Made by a program: the position numbers and the translations under genes | Assembly (NCBI GenBank): GCA_964014485.1 | Contig: CAXHAT010000125.1 | Span: 1 to 24,002 of the forward strand | Reading direction: 5' to 3' | Length of the DNA stretch: 24,002 bases | Source: an uncultured Deferribacteres bacterium | Lineage (GTDB): Bacteria > Zhuqueibacterota > Zhuqueibacteria > Zhuqueibacterales > Geothermadaptataceae | Shown: positions 17,279-24,002 of the stretch, piece after piece | How positions within the stretch are numbered: position 1 is the stretch's first letter | How the letters are laid out: every line of letters starts with the position of its first letter | The notes under the pieces: generated by a model | Database searches by the model: none | What the model saw: only the letters and a program-made list of their open reading frames with translations | Told to the model about the DNA's origin: nothing

Positions 17279-18748
17279 TCAGGAGAGAGAAAGCTCGTAG
17301 TTTTTCAATAAACGGAGCGCTTCCAGGCGGAGGATTTCGGGGTAGATCGCTTTGTAAATATTGCAGTTGGGGGATTGCACATCGTAGCGGCCGGTGGCGC
17401 GGTAGGTTTCCTTGGGACAGCCGCCGGTACACCAATATTTCCACTCGCAATCGCGACAGCCTTCTTTTTCATCAACGGAAAGATTTTGCACGCCATCCTG
17501 ATCTGCGCGCACGGCAGTGAGGGGATCGTCCGAACGAACGTCTGAAACTCGTCGATCCATTTCCATCTGGCATTTTGATACGCCGCCAAAGTGATCGATG
17601 ACGAGGTAGTTATTGTCAGCCGCGCAAGGCGTGGCGTGCGGGGCCGCAAGGTTGCCGCGATCCGCCAATGAAGCCAGCAAGCTGCGATTCGGCAGGTTGT
17701 TTTCAATGATTTTGAACGCAGCCTTCATGCCGGAAATGATCTTCGTTTCTTCCAATTTTAATTCAGCATGAGTTTGGCTCGCGGCGTTTTCACGGTAAAA
17801 GTTAAGACTAAAAGGCAAGTCTTTTTCCAAAAGCCATTCGACGGTTTCGGGCAGTCGTTCCGCACTTTGGCCGGAAACGGTGACGCAAATATCAGGAATC
17901 AATCCTTCCGCCACGGTCATTTCAATATTTTCAGCGATTTTTTCAAAAGACGGCTTACCGTTCGCCGTCATACGCTGCCGGTCATGCATCTCGCCAACGC
18001 CGTCGAGAGAAATCATCAGTTTCAAATTGCGACGTTGCATTTGGCGGATCATTTTTTCGTTCAAGAGTGCGCCGTTGCTCAAAATCACGCCGCGTACGTC
18101 AACGCCCAAATCTTCGCCTTTTTCTAAAGCTTCGTCGTGCAATTGCAAAACAAGCGGCATGTTCATCGTCGGCTCGCCGCCGGCATATTTGAGCTTAATT
18201 TTTCCTAATCCGTTGGATTTCGCCGATCTGAAAATGGCGCCGAGCGCAAAACGTCCGGTTTCCAAATCCATCTTCTCTGTCGTTTTGTTGAGATAGCAAT
18301 AAGTACAGCGCAGATTGCAGGCGTTGGTGACGTGCAGCCAGGCGACAAGCGTGTCTTCAACCGCCAGATCCGTTTTTTCCTGCAATGCGTCGTGCAAAAA
18401 ACCGGCGCGATGAAGATCGGTAACGGCGGAAAATTCGGAGGCGCCGTCGAATGGTTCAGCGGAAAAGTTTTGGAGCGAAAAAGGCGTTTCAAAACGCCGC
18501 CAGATTTCGCGGGATGCGTCGTTCAGCAAAACCAGCGAAGCGCGGGAATGCGATGACGCAACGGCGGTAAATTCGCCGATCTGAAAACTGTGAGAAACGG
18601 GCGTTTGCTGAAGCAGAGCGTCAGCGGTGGGCAGGGATTTGTTTTCGGCGGGTGCGGAAAAAGAAAGGGGACAAGCGCAGTCCCCTTCAATCGTAAGAAT
18701 TTCACCATTCCATGCTGCGCGATCAAAGATGACGATAGGCGTTTTCAT
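17279..18748 (-). CDS. Radical SAM/SPASM-domain protein with RRE(PqqD)-like N-terminal region
   Basis: CNLRCTYC, GGEP, SNG, ISLDG, HDRQR. SPASM cysteines in PC..Y..KC and CRDCEWKYWCTGGCP..NC. ATG 18748 is 4 nt after the upstream stop; the alternative start is 18775. Confidence 0.93.
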   Translation of the reverse strand: MKTPIVIFDRAAWNGEILTIEGDCACPLSFSAPAENKSLPTADALLQQTPVSHSFQIGEFTAVASSHSRASLVLLNDASREIWRRFETPFSLQNFSAEPFDGASEFSAVTDLHRAGFLHDALQEKTDLAVEDTLVAWLHVTNACNLRCTYCYLNKTTEKMDLETGRFALGAIFRSAKSNGLGKIKLKYAGGEPTMNMPLVLQLHDEALEKGEDLGVDVRGVILSNGALLNEKMIRQMQRRNLKLMISLDGVGEMHDRQRMTANGKPSFEKIAENIEMTVAEGLIPDICVTVSGQSAERLPETVEWLLEKDLPFSLNFYRENAASQTHAELKLEETKIISGMKAAFKIIENNLPNRSLLASLADRGNLAAPHATPCAADNNYLVIDHFGGVSKCQMEMDRRVSDVRSDDPLTAVRADQDGVQNLSVDEKEGCRDCEWKYWCTGGCPKETYRATGRYDVQSPNCNIYKAIYPEILRLEALRLLKNYELSLS

Positions 18749-18752
18749 TCTC

Positions 18753-21545
18753 TCACTCGTAGATCGATATTTCATTGCTGAGTTGCAATGTCGCTCTTAG
18801 TTTCGTCTCCACAACTTGCAGGTTTTCTTGAATATCTTCCGGTTCCTGGCTCAATTTGTCGAGAAGTTTCTTGGTATAATTCATTGTTTCAATCGGCGTC
18901 GGCAGCGCATGCAGGCGCTCTTGCAGGCGATCCGCGATTTTGGTCAGGCGGCGCTGATATTCACCCGTAGAAAGCGCCGTCTCGTTTTTGGTTTGCGACA
19001 CAATGCCGCAAGCCTTGTACAGATTTTCAAAAGCCCGCTCGAAATTTTCGCGCTCAAAATAAACGTCGCCGGTGGTCAAGGCGACTTTGTCCAGCAAGTG
19101 CGGCAGGTTTTCCTTTTCGGCGATAACCGTGACTTGTTGGGCCATATCTTCAACCTGTGAGAACATCCTGCTCGCCTTATTCCGACTCATGCGCTTGACG
19201 GCTTTCGCCCACTCGTAGTAAAGCTCACTCAAATCTTCCAAATTCTCAGCTTCCGATTTCCGGTCGCCAATCTTCTGGCTGTATTCAAGGCTTTGACGCA
19301 GGTATTTGTCGGCTTCTTTCCGATCTTCCAATCCGCCGCGCTGTCTGAAAACGCAGCCGATCTCGTTGAGCGTCACGATGAGATAGGTCACATCGTTTTT
19401 CTCGTCGAAAACGCGCTTGGCCATTTTGAGATATTCCAAGGATTTATCGAAGTCGTTCGCCACGCGCATCATATGGCCGAGGTTGATGTGCACCAACGCC
19501 AAGCCGCGATCGCTGTGCGAAGCTTCAAAAAAGTTTTTGGCGGTGCGATAGAGTCGAGACGCTTCGCCAAAATAGCCCTGTTTTTCCTTGATCATGCCAA
19601 GCGTATTGTAACCCAGCCCCAATTCATAAGGAATCTCCAGTTCCTTGCGCAGTTGCAGCGCCTTGCCGACGTAGGTCAGCGCTTGCTCGATATTGTCTTT
19701 CCTAAAATAGACATACCCGATATTGTTCAGAGTGCGTGCAATATGTTTTTTGGAACTGGAGTATTTTAGAGAATCTTTGTAGTACTTGAGCGCGTCGTCC
19801 CAATCCGATTTGGCGCGATAAATATAGCCCCAGTTGTTGTAAAGCTGACCGATTTCCTTCTTGAGCAACTTGTGCAGCGAGGTTCCCGGCGCGGTTGCGG
19901 CCGCGTGCAGCAGGTTTTTATAAATGCGCTCCGCTTCAGCGGCGTGCTGCAAGGCATGCTTGTAATTGCCTGCGTAGGTCTCAAGTTCAATGAGAATCAT
20001 GTGACTGGTCGCTTGCAATTTCGGATCGGCATTTGGCTGCCGGATGAGCGCACTCCAATGTTCGCGAGCGCGCCGATAGTCATCCCTGCGAAAAGCGACG
20101 AGCGCTTGTTGAAATCTGAGTTGATCAATGCGGTCGTCGGGCAAATCGCGCTCAAAACGACTGGTTTCAGCATTGATCAGTTCGCAAAGCGAAACGTCGG
20201 TGCGATGGCTGGCTAATTTAAAAAGCGATTCGCCGTGCTTCGAGCCGCCGACGTTATCCTTTTCTAATTCATAATAAAGAAATTCCGCCAACAACGCTCG
20301 GACTTCATCCGACTTGGGCAATTCCTTGGCTTCCAAAACTTCCGGTTCGCCCATGCGCTCATGATACCAGGCCAAAACGTCGTCCAGCATGGCTTGTCGT
20401 GTCCAGCGACCTTCCGCCGGCCAAATGTGATAGTTGACCAATTCGCGCATCACGTCGTGTAGTTGAAACGAACCGTGAAAATTCTGCTCAGGATCCGGCT
20501 TGCGGTATTTCACAAAACTGTATTGCCCCAGACTTTCGAACAACTCAGCGGCTTTTTCCGGGGTGATTTTCAATAGCTGTGCGAGCAGGTCCGCCTCCAT
20601 GCGCCGCCACGCCAACGCCGTGGCCAGGATGACGTTACTCTGCTCGTCGCGCAGACGCAAAATCCAATCGACCAGTTTTTTGCTAAACGGGCCCGGGCCA
20701 TCGAGCAGTTCTTCCGCCGTACCCATTTCGTTGATAAGCCAATCGTAGCTGAGCGCGCCGAAAAGCGGTCTTCCGCCGCATCGCGTGTAAAGTTCGTCCA
20801 GTTGTTTGCGTGTAATTTTTCCGGGCAGAACGTCCCCTTCCTTAAAATAGCGGACAAACTCGGTTTTGTTGAGCGGCCCGAGTTCAATTTTGAGTACGTT
20901 TTGTCTCAGCGCTAGCGGAAAATGCACATCCAGACGACCGGCAAAGACGAAAATCAGCCCCGGCTTTTCAATAGCCTTTTTGTGCGGGTTGGCCTGCCAC
21001 TTGGCCTCGAGTTCTTTCAAAAGCGGCGAGAGTCGCGGCAACAATTTTTGCCCCATCCAATAGGCGATGGGCTGCATTTCTTCGCAGGTGTCGAACAGGA
21101 GGATTATTCGATTGCCCGCTTCCAGCAATTCGCGTAAATCCTGGATAAACGCGTCTTCAACACGGCCAAAAGCCTCTTGCTGCTGCCCCTTGTCCGGCCT
21201 GAGCTTCAGAACATCGTCATAGATTTTTCGCTGCTTCTCAAAGCGCTTAAAATACTCCAAACCTACGCGACGCGCGACCTCATTGAGCAGGCCGAATTGC
21301 GTTTGATTGGACGGCTTGTAAAAGTCGATGATGTCGGCGCAAAGCCATTCGCGCGTTTCGGTGCGCCGGCGAATTTCATCTTGCAAAACATGCAAAAAGC
21401 GCGTCTTGCCGATTCCGCCGTCCCCCTTGATGTTCACCATCCATTTTTTGCCGTTGTTCTGCAACAACCGCAAAACCTGATTGATTTGCTTTTGCCTTCC
21501 GACGAAAACCTTTCGGCTGTCGGTCGGGTGAAATTTCTTCTGCAT
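18753..21545 (-). CDS. STAND-type P-loop NTPase with C-terminal TPR array
   Basis: FVGR, Walker A GDGGIGKT, Walker B LLFDTCE, sensor FAGR, GxP (GGRPL) and winged-helix LHD. Repeated TPRs (YNNWGYIY, LNNIGYVY, YNTLGMI, INLG, LNEIG). Confidence 0.88.
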   Translation of the reverse strand: MQKKFHPTDSRKVFVGRQKQINQVLRLLQNNGKKWMVNIKGDGGIGKTRFLHVLQDEIRRRTETREWLCADIIDFYKPSNQTQFGLLNEVARRVGLEYFKRFEKQRKIYDDVLKLRPDKGQQQEAFGRVEDAFIQDLRELLEAGNRIILLFDTCEEMQPIAYWMGQKLLPRLSPLLKELEAKWQANPHKKAIEKPGLIFVFAGRLDVHFPLALRQNVLKIELGPLNKTEFVRYFKEGDVLPGKITRKQLDELYTRCGGRPLFGALSYDWLINEMGTAEELLDGPGPFSKKLVDWILRLRDEQSNVILATALAWRRMEADLLAQLLKITPEKAAELFESLGQYSFVKYRKPDPEQNFHGSFQLHDVMRELVNYHIWPAEGRWTRQAMLDDVLAWYHERMGEPEVLEAKELPKSDEVRALLAEFLYYELEKDNVGGSKHGESLFKLASHRTDVSLCELINAETSRFERDLPDDRIDQLRFQQALVAFRRDDYRRAREHWSALIRQPNADPKLQATSHMILIELETYAGNYKHALQHAAEAERIYKNLLHAAATAPGTSLHKLLKKEIGQLYNNWGYIYRAKSDWDDALKYYKDSLKYSSSKKHIARTLNNIGYVYFRKDNIEQALTYVGKALQLRKELEIPYELGLGYNTLGMIKEKQGYFGEASRLYRTAKNFFEASHSDRGLALVHINLGHMMRVANDFDKSLEYLKMAKRVFDEKNDVTYLIVTLNEIGCVFRQRGGLEDRKEADKYLRQSLEYSQKIGDRKSEAENLEDLSELYYEWAKAVKRMSRNKASRMFSQVEDMAQQVTVIAEKENLPHLLDKVALTTGDVYFERENFERAFENLYKACGIVSQTKNETALSTGEYQRRLTKIADRLQERLHALPTPIETMNYTKKLLDKLSQEPEDIQENLQVVETKLRATLQLSNEISIYE

Positions 21546-21561
21546 CAGGCGCCCTCTCCAG

Positions 21562-23973
21562 TTAAAAAGTGTTCCGCTGCAGCCCTAAAGGATGTAGATT
21601 CGGATCGCCAAACAGAACCCAGGAAGCCCATAAATCGGTGATAGACTTCCTGAGCTCTACTCGCGCTTCTCGAACCGCTTCGCCAATACTGTTTCCTCCT
21701 AAAAGCGATCTATAGAAGCAATGCGCAAAAACGCTTGCATCCTGATCATCTATCGGCCACATCGGGCCGAGGCAGCCGCTGGCTCCGGCTTCCAAAACGC
21801 CGGTGGCCACATTCTCAAGCATTCTCCCCTGCGCGCTGGATCGGGTTGATTCCGGCGCGGCAGAAGCCGCTTCACAAGCATTGAGAAAAAAGAAAGAATC
21901 ACATTTCAAATAACGTCTAAACTCTTCCGCGCGCATGGTCAATCGCGTCGTTGAACCGGCGCGTGGAAAATAAAGGCCGCTCAAAGGCGGCGAATCAACA
22001 TCGAAAAAACCGTGCCCCGCATAATGAATAATATGGTACTCGTTTTTGAAAAGATGCAAAACAAACGCTTCCAGAGTCGCTTGTTCTGATCCAAGCAAAA
22101 GATCCACGTCCACTTCGGACTCTCGCAGCATTTCTGCGACGGACGCCGCTTCCTGACGCGCCGAGGGCAAATCGCCGGTCGGGTCGCCGACCACCAGCGC
22201 AGTCAGTGCGCCGTTGGTTTCGTGCTCAGCAAGTCGTTTGACTTTCTTCTGTTCGCGGCGCATTTGGATTTGCCGCCCCAAAGAACGCGCCAAACAGAAG
22301 AACTCATCGCCGTCATGCATCAATTCGAACGGAATATCCATCGTATCCGTGGTCAACTGGACGGCGTGACGTTTACGCGCATTCAAAAATTCACTCGCTT
22401 CCTCTGGAAGGTAGGTCGACCAGGCCAAGCCGCCAACTGTTTCTAAATCCGTTCGCCAGGCGTCAAGACCGAATTTCATATCTGTATGATGCGTGTGCGA
22501 AGTGAGCATCGGCTCGTTCTGATTGCTCGACCAGGTAATTTGGTATTCCGCCGGGGGCGAATAATGAATTCTCAAATTGCACACCGCTGTCGGCTGGTGA
22601 GAATTCAAAAATTTATTCAAAAGCGCCAGCAATTCATTGACGCCTTTTCTCCCTAGAATTTCCCAAAATTCATAGTCTCCCTGATCCCGGCGCAGAAAGT
22701 TTCCCAGAAGTTTTAACTGAAATTTGTCATCGTCGCGTTGAACAAGAAACCATGTTTCAAGGCCTTCCGCAAAAGATTTTTTTGCTTCGGCAAGCGGATC
22801 ACGCTTTTCGAGCAGCGCCGTCTGAATTTGGTGATAGAGCAACTCACGCAGCGTCAAAACGCCGGGCTCGCCTTGCGACGCTTCCTGATTCAAGGATTTG
22901 GTGTAGATTTCAATCAACTTGCGATTGATTTCCAAAGCGCGTTGCGGATATAAAATCGAAGCCGCCGTATGCAAAATTCGCCGCAAGAGCGGATCAAGAT
23001 GATAGGCCGGATTGCCGTCGCTCATGTGAACGACATGAACCGTCGATTCCATGCACTCCTGCATCATCTTCTCATAATCGTTGCGATGGAATGCGGGATC
23101 GATAAATTCAAGCAACTTGGCGTCGAATCGACGCGGGAAACATGCGTTCAAAAAGTTGTCGCCAGGCCAAATCTCAGCGGTCGGCAATAGTTTTTTGCTA
23201 ATAACTTTATCAAAGAGCTTTTGCGCAAGGTCCGAACGTTTGTGAGGCAAATCATCGAGTTCAACATCCAACTCCTGCAAGTGCAGCATCAGAGCTTCCG
23301 TGCTGAACGGATGGCCTTTGGTCAATTTGTAGATTTCGCGCTTCTGCGGCGGCAAAAAACTCTGCGGCGCAAGCTGTTCAATGTGGAAAGAAGTATTTTT
23401 AAAATCGAAGGCGTTAATGTAGTGCTGACGTATTGCTTGCCGATACTGAAACGGCCAATAACTTTTCTCAACTCGCGGGCCGCGCCCCGCCAAAAAAACC
23501 GCCACTTTCGGCGTCCCGGCTTTTTGTAAATCCTGGATAAAATTGTTGCCTATCCAATCGAAGAACTTGGCTTCGCAACACTGGCAACTGTCGTAAATCA
23601 GGACAACGGGCTTGCGCTTCAGCGCTTCGATGTATGACGCCGGAACCGCCTTTTCGGTGTGGCCGTTAACCATCTTTTGCGGCGCAATGTAATTATGTAA
23701 TTTGAGATAAAAACGAGATACGGATTCTTCGAAGGAGAGATTTTCGAACGCCCCAAAATCAAATAGCAACGTCTGAACGCCTTTTGCCGCACAGCGATTT
23801 TGAATCTGCTCGATCAAACGCGACTTCCCGACTCCGGAAATGCCGTAGTAATCGACGCCCGCCAGCAAGTATTTTTTGCGACTTTTGATCCGGTCGAGCA
23901 ACGCGTCAATGCGCGACAGCTCAGCTTCCCGGTCAATAAACCGCGCGTTCTCTGACATTGTTTTTTTCCCCAT
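21562..23973 (-). CDS. STAND-type P-loop NTPase fused to C-terminal CHAT (caspase-like) protease
   Basis: FIDRE, Walker A GISGVGKS, Walker B LIYDSCQ, LAGR and KGHP. CHAT motifs IPFELMHD, VVGDP.GDLP.A..EA, IIHYAGHG (His), LNACE (Cys), GPMWPIDD and WASWVLFGDP. The start may instead be 23958. Confidence 0.9.
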   Translation of the reverse strand: MGKKTMSENARFIDREAELSRIDALLDRIKSRKKYLLAGVDYYGISGVGKSRLIEQIQNRCAAKGVQTLLFDFGAFENLSFEESVSRFYLKLHNYIAPQKMVNGHTEKAVPASYIEALKRKPVVLIYDSCQCCEAKFFDWIGNNFIQDLQKAGTPKVAVFLAGRGPRVEKSYWPFQYRQAIRQHYINAFDFKNTSFHIEQLAPQSFLPPQKREIYKLTKGHPFSTEALMLHLQELDVELDDLPHKRSDLAQKLFDKVISKKLLPTAEIWPGDNFLNACFPRRFDAKLLEFIDPAFHRNDYEKMMQECMESTVHVVHMSDGNPAYHLDPLLRRILHTAASILYPQRALEINRKLIEIYTKSLNQEASQGEPGVLTLRELLYHQIQTALLEKRDPLAEAKKSFAEGLETWFLVQRDDDKFQLKLLGNFLRRDQGDYEFWEILGRKGVNELLALLNKFLNSHQPTAVCNLRIHYSPPAEYQITWSSNQNEPMLTSHTHHTDMKFGLDAWRTDLETVGGLAWSTYLPEEASEFLNARKRHAVQLTTDTMDIPFELMHDGDEFFCLARSLGRQIQMRREQKKVKRLAEHETNGALTALVVGDPTGDLPSARQEAASVAEMLRESEVDVDLLLGSEQATLEAFVLHLFKNEYHIIHYAGHGFFDVDSPPLSGLYFPRAGSTTRLTMRAEEFRRYLKCDSFFFLNACEAASAAPESTRSSAQGRMLENVATGVLEAGASGCLGPMWPIDDQDASVFAHCFYRSLLGGNSIGEAVREARVELRKSITDLWASWVLFGDPNLHPLGLQRNTF

Positions 23974-24002
23974 CTAACTGTGAACTTCCTGATTCCGTAG
24001 AC

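Noticed and set aside
17068..17300. Cys-containing small ORFs as the radical SAM precursor peptide
   Set aside because: They are on the opposite strand, have no RBS or leader-like features, and overlap the probable GH44 promoter region.
913..23529. Numerous short antisense or alternate-frame ORFs inside large genes
   Set aside because: These are shadow ORFs fully overlapping well-supported CDSs and show no motifs.

Overview
Bacterial chromosomal window, probably from a diderm FCB-related lineage such as KSB1 or Calditrichota (inferred only from the FlgD-Ig/Por-type C-terminal domain on a secreted GH44). The left part holds housekeeping genes (mce, uvrC, fbp, a phosphoesterase, tRNA-Lys(UUU)), a secreted six-hairpin glycosidase, and a type II toxin-antitoxin pair bracketed by two copies of the uvrC 3' end that differ only synonymously over 32 codons. 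The middle part holds VOC, DUF418 and beta-barrel genes, then a five-gene cluster of a signal-less amidase-SH3, a holin-like protein and membrane/coiled-coil proteins with no phage genes nearby, followed by a GNAT and a GH44. The right end is a tightly packed minus-strand operon: STAND NTPase-CHAT protease, STAND NTPase-TPR, and a radical SAM/SPASM enzyme with an RRE-like N-terminus. This operon is the best candidate for an undescribed system and probably extends beyond the window. Intergenic spaces carry several different nested MITE/REP-like palindromic elements. All family assignments come from motif recognition by eye; no searches were run.
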